DNA of 64,000 nt, taken from NCBI GenBank assembly GCA_052327205.1, contig CM126204.1, positions 323,206,001 through 323,270,000 on the forward strand, written 5' to 3'. The notes beneath the pieces are model-generated. The model was not told the origin of the DNA. It did no database searches and saw only the letters and a program-made list of their open reading frames with translations. Below, in pieces: positions 11,310 through 23,570 of this stretch (the stretch's first letter is position 1; every line of letters starts with the position of its first letter). Source of the stretch: Somniosus microcephalus (Eukaryota). Position numbers and translations under genes: made by a program.

Positions 11310-13182
11310 ATGACACAACATGGGAGAGAGCGGGCTACAATGTTTTCGGACGCTGCAACAGAGACCTTGGTGGAGGAGGTGGAAAGGAGGAGAGATGTCC
11401 GCAGGAGGCCCTCCAGTCATACACTCAGAAGGCAGCAGGAGCAGATAGCCCTGGAGGTCCGTGCCAGTAGTCAAGCCCTGATTACCTGGATGCTGTGTCG
11501 CAAGAAGTTCAATGAACGCACACGAGTGGTCAAGGTGAGTGAATGCATCTTCAAATACCATATCCTACCAACTGCACCACTAGCCTCAGCCACTGCTCAA
11601 TGCACCACACCCCCATCACTCATCTACCAACAATCTTTATCAATCAGGACTCATACCTAACATTCATAGTCTCACCTCACCCTCACACACAGCACTGCTG
11701 CAAGCCTCACACCCACATCTCACAGCTTGCACACATTGCCAGCTAGTCAACCATGACAGCCACATCACCCAAACTGATTGCATCACACTCACTATCATAT
11801 TTCCCTCTCTCCTGTAGGACAAGGTGGTGCACAACTGGAGACAGCAGGTGCTAACCGGTGGGGCCAGGTGCACCTGCATGTCCTAACCCCAATAGAGGAG
11901 ACAATACTGGCCATTATTGGAATGGCCATTGCTGAGCCCGTGACCAGCGACGGTGCTAAAACCATCGAAGATGACAGTATTCTCACACCTAATCCTCCTC
12001 CTTACATCCCACTTCACCCACATCCCACAATCTCTTCTGATTTACAAGCTACAGATGGTGTAAGGATGCACCTCTTACTTCCCCCCCCTCCCCTCACCAC
12101 AACCTTCCCCTTGTGCCTTTCTCCTTTCAGATAGCCACGAACTGCAACCTGCCCAGGCAGTGGTGGAAGAGCAACAAGTGGAAGAGCAAGAAGACACTGA
12201 TGATGAAGAAACAGCCTCACTCGATTTCACACTTGCAGACACCAGCTCCGATACTGACTGTGCGTAATTTAGAGGATAGCATAGAGACGGGATCTGTACA
12301 TGGTGAGACACCAGGCATGAGTGGCCTGCAGCCGGGGCAGGGGGCAAGGATAGTGCAGGTGCCAGCTCGCTGGAGGGCGAGGTCGTACAAGAGTTCTGCT
12401 GCACAGGACTCATATGACGACTTTGATGGGGCAGGCTACAGAAGAAGGCTGATGGGTATGCACAATGAATCTGCCAGAAAGCCTGCGTGCAATGTCAAGG
12501 AGCATGGAGGAGTCTGGCATCAACTTGGCACAGGGCTTTGCGCAGAACTTGGAGCCGCATCCTGTCCAACATGGAAGTGGTGGCCAACTCCATTAGCACA
12601 CTTATGGACCTAACCATGATGTGCCTGATGGCCGATGTCTCAGCTTCCATCGCAGCACAAGCAGTAGCCACCCAACGTCTGAGTGCTACAGTGGAAGGTT
12701 AGACTGCAGTCATGCAAGCTCAGACTGCTGCCATCATGGCTGTGGATTACAGTGTTCAAAGGGGCTTGCAGGGTGTCACACTAGTCCAGCAATCTCGTCC
12801 AACAGATTACTACAATTGCTGAGACGCCGCCCCAAGGGAGGGGGAGTGGCAGTGGTTCCATGGAGCACGAACCTGCTGTCCTCTCTCAGGCTGACAGCAT
12901 TCATCCTCCCACCCCTGCCACTCCACCAGTGCCCTTGCTGTTGCCTGTCAGCCAGCTCAGACTGCTGCCGCCCATGCCGAGATGGTGCAGTCCGCAGCCG
13001 GGCCTACTAGGCCCAGAGCTACTCGGTGTCATCCTCTAAGGCCATCTGTAGTGTCCTCCACTGAAAGTCAGCAGCCTTCCACCAGCCATGCTGCAGCCAC
13101 TGGGGTAGCACTGCGTAGGAGCACTAGGACAGGCAAAGGCACACAGAAGATAGGCACTAAGAGAATGCACATGGGTGGTTAG
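11310..13182 (+). pseudogene. Harbinger Myb/SANT-like (MSANTD/NAIF1-like) DNA-binding protein gene, 3 exons, frameshifted
   Basis: Exon 1 (11310-11534) reads MTQHGRERATMFSDAATETLVEEVERRRDV...CRKKFNERTRVVK and is followed by donor GTGAGT. Acceptor CCTGTAG leads to exon 2 from 11818 (DKVVHNWRQQVLTGG / LTPIEETILAIIG). Acceptor CTTTCAG at 12130 leads to an acidic, low-complexity last exon. Confidence 0.75.
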
Positions 13183-13352
13183 TTTATGTTTGTATGCAAT
13201 ATGGCATGATTTGATTTATAAATTTGGTTTGGAATGTTTATCTTGTGGAGGTATTTATTTTTGCATTGTGGCCAAGGCGAGGATGTGATGGTCATTAACA
13301 GAGGGAAGGTAAGGAGTGTGGGACTGTTGTTGAATGGGGATTGGGGTTGCGG

Positions 13353-14440
13353 TTACCTGTATCGCACTCGGATGAGTTTCTTCACGGACAGCCTGGACAG
13401 AAAAGGGCTTCCTCTTCCTCCTCCTCCTCAGCTGCTTGCCGTATAGCTGATGGCAAAGGCTGTGCCCTCACGATGGCAAGGTTGTGCAGCATGCAGTATA
13501 CCACCACAAATCTTGACACCTGCTATGCCGAGTACTGCAGCGCTCCTCCAGAACGGTCCAAGTAGCGGATGCATTGTTTCAGCATGCCAATGGTCTGCTC
13601 TATCACATTTCATGTGGCAGCATGGCTCTGATTGTGTGCATACTGCGCACGTGCGTGGGCAGAGCATTGGAATCATGAGCCGTGTTGTCAGCAGATAGCC
13701 CTTGTCACCCAGTATCCACCCTTTGGTTTGCCGTGGTGGCTGAAATGCATCTGGCACAGTGGACTGTCACAGAATGAAGGCATCATGACTGCTGCCAGGA
13801 TACCTGGCATTGACCTGCATGATTTGCTGCCTATGGTCACACACCAGCTGGACATTGAGGGAGTGGAATCCATTTTGGTTCTGGTATATGGCAGAGTTAA
13901 CATGCAGTGCCCGCAAAGCGATGTGCATGCAGTCAGTGGCACCTTGGGGAAGCCTGCAATCCTAGCAAAGTCGTGTACTCGCTCCGCTTGCTGGTCTCTG
14001 GCAAGAGGGAATGAAATGTAGTCAGCTCTCTTTGAATAGAGAGCTTCAGTGACCTCCCATACGCAACAGTGGATGGCAAAATATCTCCAGCACCAGCCTA
14101 GAAGGAGCCAGATGCATAAAAATTAATCACCACAGTCACCTTCACAGCTGCTGCAATGTGGTCCTTGCCCTGCTCTGAGGTTGGAGTTGTGGCTACAGCA
14201 GGTGCAGATTTCAGTGAGGACGTCCTTACTGAAGTGTAGACGTCTCAGACATTGTTCCTCACTGAGGTTCAAGTAGGAGAATTGCTCCCTGAACACCTTT
14301 GGCAGATATGGCCTCCTGCTGAGAGCTCGTCGCCCCCTCTTCCTCCTCCCTCTTCCAACAGCTTGTCTTGCTCTGCATGGCCTTTGTTTATTCTCTAAGT
14401 CATGCTGTATTTCAAGGGGAATTCCTACTAGTGCCCCCAT
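13353..14440 (-). pseudogene. HARBI1-like DDE transposase, multiple frameshifts and stops
   Basis: RRPYLPKVFREQFSYLNLSEEQCLRRLHFSK, NFYASGSF, FARIAGFPKV, SLNVQLVCD...NARYPGSSHDAFIL, GWILGDKGY, CMLHNLA. Confidence 0.85.
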
Positions 14441-14510
14441 GTCTGGCAGCAAGTAGTTTGTGCAGAAGCCTTGAAGTTAGGAAAAAGTCCTTCAGCACCT
14501 GCCACACCAC

Positions 14511-14695
14511 TCAATTCAATTCAATTCAATTCAAATCGCTTTATTGGCATGACAAGGTACATCTTATGTTGCCAAAGCATCAAAAAACATTCATGGTTGA
14601 ACACACAAACACAGATCTATCCATACAGTGTATAAACAGATATATCCCTGAGTGTATAAATATACATTCATATAATTTGTATATACTCTTTTCTA
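14511..14695 (-). mobile_element. Short LINE 3'-tail insertion (AATAAA + (TTGAA)n) inside the Harbinger
   Basis: TCAATTCAATTCAATTCAATTCAAATCGCTTTATTG has the same architecture as the tail at 25214-25245. Confidence 0.55.
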
Positions 14696-14811
14696 CTCCT
14701 TGTAGACTTTTGCAACGAGAGAAAACACCAAACATTTCTAGAATCAGCCAGAAGAAATCAACCAGCAACTAACCTGGAAGTAGTTGATGATCCCTTTAAA
14801 TAGTGCTTGTG

Positions 14812-16460
14812 GAGGCCCGACCAGTCCCCATCCACCACTACCCTCCTCCGCCTGGCTGAACTTGTTCTCACATTGAACAACTTCTCCTTTAACTCCACTC
14901 ATTTCCTCCAAATCAAAGGTGTTGCCATGGGTACCCGCATGGGTCCTAGCTATGCCTGCCTTTTCGTGGGCTATGTGGAACAATCTTTGTTCTAGTCCTA
15001 CTCGGGTCCCCTCCCTCACCTCTTTTTCCGATACATTGATGACTGTATCGGTGCCGTTTCCTGCTCTCGCCCCGAACTTGACAATTTCATTCACTTTGCC
15101 TCCAATTTCCACCCTTCCCTCACCTTCACATGGTCCATCTCTGACTCTTCCCTTCCCTTCCTCGACTTCTCCGTCTCCATCTCTGGGGATAGGTTATCGA
15201 CCAATATTCACTACAAGCCCAGTGACTCCCACAGCTACCTGGACTACACTTCCTCCCACCCCGCTTCCTGTAAGGACTCTATTCCATTCTCCCAGTTTCT
15301 CCGTCTCCGCCGTATCTGCTCCGACGATGCCACCTTCCACACCAGTGCTTCAGACATGTCTTCCTTTTTCCGCAACCGAGGATTCCCCTCTACCGTGGTT
15401 GACACTGCCCTCGACCGTGTCAGTTCTATCTCCCGCACTTCTGCCCTCACCCCTGCCCCTCCCTCCCGGAACCACGATAGGGTTCCCCTTGTCCTCACCT
15501 TTCACCCCACCAGCCTCCACATTCAACGGATCATCCTCCGGCATTTCCGCTACCTCCAAAGTGACCCCACCACCAAACGTATCTTCCCCTCCCCTCCCCT
15601 TTCAGCATTCCGCAGGGACCGCTCCCTCCGAGACACCCTAGTCCGCTCCTCTATCACCCCAAACAGCCCTTCCCCTTCGCCTGGCACCTTCCCGTGCAAG
15701 CGGAGGAGATGTAACACCTGCCCCTATACCTCCCCCCTTCCCACTGTCCAGGGCCCCAAACACCCCTTCCAGGTGAAACAGCGATTTACTTGTACTTCTC
15801 GCAATCTAGTATACTGTATTCGCTGCTCACGATGCGGTCTCCTCTACATTGGGGAGACCAAACGCAGATTGGGTGACCGCTTTGCGGAACACCTCCGTTC
15901 AGTCCGTAAGGGTGACCCCGAGCTTCCGGTCGCCTGTCATTTTAATTCACCGCTCCATTCCCACTCGGACCTCACCGTCCTTGGCCTCTTGTATTGTTCC
16001 ACGGAAGCTCAACGTAAACTCGAGGAACAGCACCTCATCTTCCGATTAGGCACTCTGCAGCCTTCCGGACTCGAGTTCAACAATTTCAGATCATAAGTTC
16101 GGCCCCTATTTCATTTTTTCTTGTAATTTTTCCACTCCTTTCCCCCCCCCCCCTTTCCTTTTGTTTCTCTCTCACACCTGGCAGCTATCTCTTGCCCTGC
16201 CAGTACACTTTACACCTAATCTCAGCCTATTACCATCTCGTCTAGCTTCTAATCTCTTTTACTTCTTTTGTTTCTTTTATTCTTTTGTCCGATCGCAGCC
16301 CTGCCTTCGATCTAGTTTCTTTTCTTTCCAGTTTTGAAGAAGGGTTCGACCCGAAACGTCAACTCAAATTTCTCTCCACGGATGTTGCCTGACCTGCTGA
16401 GTTTTTCCAGCATTTTCTGTTGTTATTTCGGATTTCCAACATCTGCAGTATTTTGCTATC
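14812..16460 (+). mobile_element. Penelope-like retroelement, 5'-truncated, young
   Basis: A single frame runs to 16096 with one TAG at 14993-14995. RT motifs QIKGVAMGTRMGPSYACLF and FRYIDD; GIY-YIG endonuclease CKRRRCNTC...LVYCIRCSRCGLLYIGETKRRLGDRFAEH; pLTR-type 3' end. Confidence 0.95.
16330..16364 (+). ncRNA. Minimal type I hammerhead ribozyme motif in the Penelope pLTR (C3 position mutated to U)
   Basis: AGTT-TTGAAGA-AGGGT(TCG)ACCC-GAAAC-GTC-AACT: stem I AGTT/AACT, core (C>T)TGANGA, stem II, GAAA, palindromic ACGT in place of stem III, GUC triplet. Confidence 0.75.
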
Positions 16461-19400
16461 GTGTTAGCTGGAGTGTTGAGCTCCAAAATAGCAGCGCTGG
16501 CATCAAATCAGCATTGCACGCTGATTGACGTCATGATCCGCCTGCTCTGCATACTTCAGGCGGACATTCACTGCGCGCGCGCTAATGCACTCACTAATAT
16601 GGCGTCCAGCACGATTTGCCCCATAAGTGTGTGTACGTGCACTGTGGATGCCATTTTGGAGCTCTCAGGGCACTTATAGTGCCCAAAAAATGGGTACTAA
16701 TGATCCGAATTTTGTGCCCCTGGCGTTTAGGATGAGATTTCATGTGGGGTGTGAAAACCATGTTGAATGGTGTCATTGTTTTTTTTTTACTATTTATACC
16801 TATTCTAAGCAGTTAAACAACAGTTTGTAGAAGTTCAGTCAAATGTGTCCATTTGTCACAAGACTGAACTCAGTACAAGTACTCAGTCAGAGAAAGCCAA
16901 ATATGAAAGAAATCTCCACTGGATTAAATTCTTCTTTTCAACAGTCTGGGTCACTCTGTGAAGTTAATCCTGCTTCCATTAATTCTGTTAAATTACCTAA
17001 GTAATGTGTAGTTTTCAAACTTAAAGCCTCACAAACCACAATACCCTTACTGCTGGAGCAGTGAGGGCATTCTTTACTAAAGTTCTGAGCCACTTGTTAC
17101 TCTGCATAACCGTTCGTGCAATTAAAAATAATTCATAGTGCGTGAAGCACTTTGAGGTGTTTTAATATGATACAGCACTACATAAATGCAAGTATTGTGT
17201 AACGTCACTTGGGCTTGTTCTGTGCTTTTCTATATTAACTATTCATTACAAATAATGTACAGACATCTTAATGATGGTTTCTTTATCCTTTATTTTTCCA
17301 GTTATCATTCTTTTGAGTGAAGCTAGGGATAAAGAATAAAGAGCAGGCCAATGCATTTGTATTTTAGCACCCATCCTCAGGTGTAGTTACATACATCTGA
17401 CAAGCAAGCTGGAAGAATTTCCCAGCCTGCAAATTGGGTACAAGTCCAAACTCTGCAGTATTTTTATAACCTCCTAACTTTTAAAACATCAAACTGTGAT
17501 GACAGCAGATGCAGGATACCTTCAGGTCATCCCATTTGACTTAAGCTTAACGGTTTTCACCAACCTCAATCTTACAGTTCACAATGCCCTGTGTAATTCT
17601 CGGTGTTGGTTTCCAGCATCAGTTTTTCAGAATTTCACATAGCACGAGATCTCTTGCTGTTGACCTACTGTTTTGTGAGTGACTGAGATGCCAGGATATG
17701 GCCCAACTTAACACAGGGATTGCAACTGTATCCTTCCACTCTGACCATATTGTCCCTTTTGCAATAACTCCATCTTACTGACAAAAGAAAAATATTAGTG
17801 AAAATTGTGCTCGAAAATATACACCACACATAGAAGAACACAAGATTGGAGAATTTGCCTACATATGTTACCAGGCACACAAGAGTGCTCACTGATAATG
17901 GGATTCTGCTGCAATTCTACTGCCATCCTGCAGTTTTTAATGTGAGCGGTTTGAGGGACCCACAGTGGCACATATGTGCAGTCTGACCCCGTAGTTTCCC
18001 AGGCAACGTGTGGTACAGGGTACAGATGTAATTGGCTCATGACCAGATTGGTCACAGTATCTGACGCAGGAAGACAGCAGCATGGAGTCAGACAGGACTG
18101 CCTGGGTTGACACTGTGTTTGCTATTAAACTTCCCCAAATTATTCAGATTTTTAAAATTTAAAAATACCCTGAGGGGCATTGGAGGTTTGGAATGAGAGG
18201 ACCCGAGATCATGCCCAGTCCCACAGATGTTGCATTTGCACTTTGATGTTGAGATGTGCAGAGTGGAGCCCGACCATTTCTTCACTAGGAAGGAGGGCAG
18301 AGAGACAACCAGAGCAATAATCACCCTGAGCGGCCCCTGTGTTTTGCACAGCAGGTAGTTACAGGGTGGTATCGGCAGAGGCCTGGGAGCAGGATGTCTG
18401 TCTGGCCTCTTGTGCATGGGCCAGTGAGACCTAGAGAGAGGAAATGGGAAAAGCACATTCTTCAACAAAGATAAGGGCAGTGTAATTCCTACATTTTTTT
18501 TTAAAAGAGGAAAGATTAAAACACACACTGCTCTTTTAAATGAACTGGCATGGGGTAAGCGTCCCAAAACTGAGGCTCCAGTTAAGGCTACTTTATTTTT
18601 ATTTCTTTTTTTAAAAAGTGGGAAAAGGATGTGCTGACTTAATTCTCTTCCCCCTGCAGCTACTGGTTAAGGTGAATATGTGAATAGCTAACCCGGCTAG
18701 GCACCTTCATTTTGAGGGTCACTGCTTGGGTAATGGTCTATTAATTTGCTCTATTTTCCCATGTGAGACAAACTCAATTTCTTGGGTGGATTGTGAGCTA
18801 ACTGTTGACACTGTGATTGATTGGTTGAACAGATGTTGCAACCCCACCCCCCCTCTGAAAAAAACACTAACGGGCAGTATTTGCTACATGCTATATGTGC
18901 CTCACACCATGAAAAATGACAGAAATATTGTACAATAAATAGGGTTTACAAACCCAATTTAAAATTATTATGGAAGGCTGTGTTACAGATGGGGTTGCTT
19001 GATACTCATCTCAAATAAAATAGAATTTTCTTATCGCCGTATTATTTTAAGGCATTATCAAGCGCGGTAATGCAGTTATAAATTCAATTTTTGCTGAAAG
19101 ATTCTGTTGTTTGCAGTTGAATGTTGCGTGACAACGTAAACACTGGATGCCTGTCAAAAAATTAATTTCCCAAACTTGGGCCAGAAGGAGAGACCGATCT
19201 GAATTTGTCAAGGGCAATAGATGTCACTGGCTCCAAGTGGTGGATGCTGGTGCAACTGAGAAACTTCTCATTCTTTGTTTCTTCTTGTCATTCTATTACC
19301 CTTTCTAGTTTGCAGAAGTTTGTTTTATATTGTATCGCCTGTTTCTTCTTTTTGTGCCTCCCAAGCCACTTTTCTTGGGAAGAGGGTGATTAGGTAACCT

Positions 19401-19736
19401 GCTCCCAGGCCTCTTCAAATATCCTGCTTGTTAGTTGGCAGCTGCACAGATGAACTGCCTCTAATTTTCTTTCTCACCTTCCTTGTGAGAGAGGGCAAAA
19501 GGGACCGGAGAGAGACAGAGAGAGGAAACTCATAATTATATGGTTTGAAATATTCCACTCACCAGTCTACAATTCCTTAATTTGTTTCCAAATTATCTGG
19601 AACAGTAGCAGAAAATTTCAAGTAATTTCTCACTGGTTTGTTACTTTTGTTTAACATCTCATCGCAACACCTGTCGAGAATGAACGTCAAACTGGGCCAC
19701 AGTTCTGGTTGCAGTATGACTAAAATAAAACTGAGA

Positions 19737-20182
19737 GAAAGAAAGAAAGAACAAACAAACTTGCATTTATATAGCACCTTTCACGACCTCAAGACATTCC
19801 AAAGTACTTTATAGCCAATTAAGTACTTGTGTAATGTAGTCACTGTTGCAATGTAGAAAAATGTGGCCAGGTCCCACAATGAGATAATAACCAGATAATT
19901 TGTTTTTTAGTGATGTTGGTTGAGAGATAAATATTGGTTAGGATACTGGGGAGAACACCCCTGCTCTTTTTCAAATAGTGCCATGGGATCTTTTACATCC
20001 ACCTGAGAGGGCAGGCAGTGCCTTGATTTAACATCTATCTGAAGGACGGCACCTCTGGCAGTGCAGTATTCCCCCAGTACTGCGCTGGAGTGTCAGCCTG
20101 GATTATGTGCTCAGTCTCTGGAGTGGGGCTTGAACCCACAATCTTCTGACTCCGAGGTGACCAACTGAGCCAAGGCTGACAC
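19737..20182 (-). mobile_element. DeuSINE (SacSINE1-like), tRNA head + L2-type tail
   Basis: The minus strand has A/B-box-like TGGCTCAGTTGG and GGTTCAAGCCC. The body aligns with 63361-63818, and the tail is GCTATATAAATGCAAG. Confidence 0.8.
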
Positions 20183-20448
20183 CAATGGACTGAATTAAGC
20201 AATGCAAATTGCTATTCTGTTACTTAACAAGATTTATTTAAAGAATTAAAATTAAATGTAAATCCCTCAATTTTTGATTGTCAGTTGCATTTAAAGAAAT
20301 AGGTTCCAAATATATGGGAGCGGAGCCTCCTTTAAATCCCAAGATGTGACAGTTTAGAAGTCTGGCGGGGTACTCCAGACATACCGTCCTACCATTGTAA
20401 GACATTCTGCTATCACAATGCTCATGTCCCAGGTGACTCAACCAAATA

Positions 20449-20746
20449 CAGGAAACTCTTTTTTATCCGGCACCGACGGGACCGGCATGGTGCCGGTTGA
20501 TCAAAAAGTCCGGATTACAGAGAGGTATACTTACTAAGGTACGAGAGCCCCGTACACGGCCACAGATCCAGGCATCCCTGTTGCATGACAACAGGTGCAG
20601 GAACCCCGGTTACACGGCCACAGATCCAGGAACCTCAGTTACACGGCCACTAATATGAAGTAAAACTTACCCGAACCTACTCCTGAATTTTGCCGGTTAA
20701 GAGAGATTTCCGGTTATTTAGGTGCCGGTAAAAAGAGAGTTTCCTG
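20449..20746. mobile_element. Tc1/mariner (pogo/Tigger-like) MITE, 298 bp
   Basis: ~26-bp TIR CAGGAAACTCTTTTTTATCCGGCACC / GGTGCCGGTAAAAAGAGAGTTTCCTG, TA TSD on both sides, internal repeat TACACGGCCAC x3. Confidence 0.9.
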
Positions 20747-22666
20747 TACTGGCCGAATACATTGCACCTAATGTAAGGGTTATGCCGCCTCGCTTTACAT
20801 ATGCCAGTTTGAGGATGTTTTATGGAATCCTGACCAGTAGCGAGAGAGTCGGGTTGGCGGGCTGAAGGCAGAGAGAAAAAGAGAGAGGCTAGACTATCTC
20901 ATTTCAACTTGGTTTTTTAAGTTATTTTTAAAAGACAATGTCCAAATCCCTCTGCCAAGGAAAAGTTCAAGGGCTCCCATTAATTCAAAACTAAAATGAC
21001 GAATTCATCTTCTGATGACAATTAAATGAAGTACATTTGTAATTGATACTAATTGATCCACAGAGAGCTATTTCTTATTTTACAGTCTGCACTAAAAACT
21101 GCTAACACAGCGTATTTTTTGATTTTTTTTTTTGGTCAGCAGCAAGATTTGTTCAGTCAAGCTGCCAAAGGTTTATGGGACGCAGCAGTTCTAAAAAAAA
21201 TGCGACACGTGTATGATTAGCTAAAAATTTATATCAGTGCCAGCTCCTGACATGAGGGTGCCTGCTGAGCTTTTCTGATCCCTACAGGTACTCATTTCCA
21301 CATCAAAAGGGGACCCCCCTTTAAATCAGCTCTTTTATAAATTTCATTTGGAACACAGGTAACTGATAATTTACATTTGTAACCAAAAATTTACAGCTTT
21401 CATCTGGATGTGGTTTTCTCCACATCATTTTCCAGTCAAACATCAACCGTTTGGTGCTAAAATACAGCCGTCTTTCCAACTATGACAATGTTAGCACATT
21501 TACTTGATTTAAGTGAATTTTTTTTCTAATGAGGCGCTTTGTTCTTTTGCCACTCATTGCTGTTTGAGGGGCAGGCGCGCACTGTATGCTGCGGTATAAT
21601 GAAGCTAATGGCATAAGACATTTGTGCCACTTTGGGGAAAAATAAAAGGAACAGGCAGCAACTTTTTTTTTAATCGTTTGAAATCCTGAAGGTTTTTTGA
21701 CTCACTTTGGCCTTCCTCCAATTATATTCTTTTATCACCTAGTTTCTTTTTTGTTGGCAGGGGGGGCGGCGGCGGTGGGGGGGGCTGGTGGTTACTGTCT
21801 GCAGAATATATACACTCACTATTTTAATGGGATAAATGATGATTTTGCAAAGAACAAAATGTTGACTAATCAAAGCGTTAATTCATTTATATGAAGTATG
21901 TTGAGACGGGAGTCTCACCACCATGATTTCTCATAATGCTCAAACAGCCATAAAGAATTATGATTGGTATTAATATCATTTGTTCTTTGGCTACCATTTT
22001 ATTTTTCTTTAAAAACATATTTTTGTTTAAACATTGGGTGCTGGCAACATTAAGAGGGGAAGCAGCTTAGAAAGGTTGTTGAGCATAGTGATAAGCTGCG
22101 TTAATATCATTGAAAATGTGTTATTATCCACTGTGAGCTATTTCAGTAGTCCTGTGTGTACATCTGCTGCAACCTCACCTCCTTGTGCGAGGAAGCATAC
22201 CCCTTACCATCGATGCCACTGAAGAATTGTGGCATCTCCCAGATCCAGACTTGCAGCCCAGGAGCAACATCAACACTGCGTTAACATTGGCACTCTATTT
22301 TTATACCAGAGGGTTCCAGCACCTTCCGTGCACTGACTGGAGACCTCGCAGGGAACAACTGGTTTGCAGCTTACCATTGTGTTATTGAGGTCACACATGC
22401 TTGAAAATCATTACGTTTAGCTGGAGGGCAATGCCAGCACCCATGTGGCTATTCAAGCACCCATGGAAGATTGCATCAACAGAAGAAGATATCTTTCCAT
22501 GGAAGTCCAATGTTCAGTGAGCACCAGTGGATACCACTGATGTTGGTTGCTGCACTTTGGGAGTGAGGTTAGCAGCATCTCTTTTTTTAGGGTTGAGGTG
22601 ATTCTGAGATGGCACATCTGATGATGGAAACTTGGAACCAAGTCAATCTTCCATGGTAGACTCAAT

Positions 22667-22991
22667 GGGGGGAGAAATTCAACTTGAGTGGTTTCCGGCA
22701 CGAAATGGGCAGCACAATTGGAACACGGTCCCGGAGATGTTGCCCTGAGGCCTGATTTAAAATTGGACTTTGGGAAATCTCTCTCAATTCACAGGCGAGC
22801 TATGGCTGTCCATCGGGTGTTCCGATGCAGCTCGCCGGTTGGGGACTGTCCAATTCCGACCAGCCTGCAGGTAGGTCCTGGGAGGGAGGGGGGTGAACTA
22901 GAAGGGGCAGGCTCAGTCTGGCAGTGGTCCGCAGTATTTTAGTGGAGCCAGGAGAAGCACTCCAGGCACAGCGATGCTGAATTTTTTCCCT
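22667..22991. mobile_element. Harbinger-type MITE
   Basis: TIRs GGGGGGAGAAATTCA / TGAATTTTTTCCCT, with AAT on both flanks. Confidence 0.7.
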
Positions 22992-23570
22992 AATAATCCG
23001 ATACCTGAACCAGGTGGGTCCTCCTTACCCCAAAGCATTGTTAATGAATGACCAGCCAGCCTAGCTGACTAATGGAACCTGGTGTAAGCTTGTCACAGGG
23101 TCTGAAATTCTTCCTACTAAGTTCCCGATGGAACTGTAAGCCAATGCCCCAACAAGTAGGGGGTCCTAGCTTACTAGTTCAGGAAGCTTACCAGTGCGCT
23201 ATGCCAGTAAGCTGTGCGGTTTTAGCAGGACTCCTGTGTGTACTTTGGGGTTCCAAAGCCAACCTGTACTTTAGTTCTCTGGTCTTGGACAAGTAGGATG
23301 CACCCATACATCAAGAAAGCATGCACTCCATATTGCACATACAGAAATCCTATAGTGGATGCACACTTTTCACTAGCTTGGGTTTCTGCATATGTCAGGC
23401 ATCTTGTTGACCAAAACAAACGGGACCTTGTATATCGGACAACCATCGCTCCATGATAGTGCACATCTTAGTTGAAGAATTGGCAACGTTGCCCTGACCA
23501 GCTTGCATCATGTTCTGCAAGGAGACAAATGGCTGGTTCATCTGCTCATGAAGTATCCTTCATTTCAGTG

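Larger units (their letters stand above)
11010..16720. mobile_element. Formerly autonomous PIF/Harbinger DNA transposon (Myb/SANT gene + DDE transposase), decayed, with nested insertions
   Basis: Two convergent genes typical of Harbinger, and imperfect TIRs GGGAGGCTAACTTCGAT...GGGCAC / GTGCCC...ATCCGAATTTTGTGCCCC. The boundaries are approximate. Confidence 0.8.

Noticed and set aside
13353-14440. Domesticated HARBI1 gene
   Set aside because: Multiple frameshifts and stops, and it sits within TIRs with a Myb partner, so it is a transposon fossil.
14919-15641. 240-aa Ser/Pro-rich ORF
   Set aside because: Alternative frame of the C-rich Penelope ORF.
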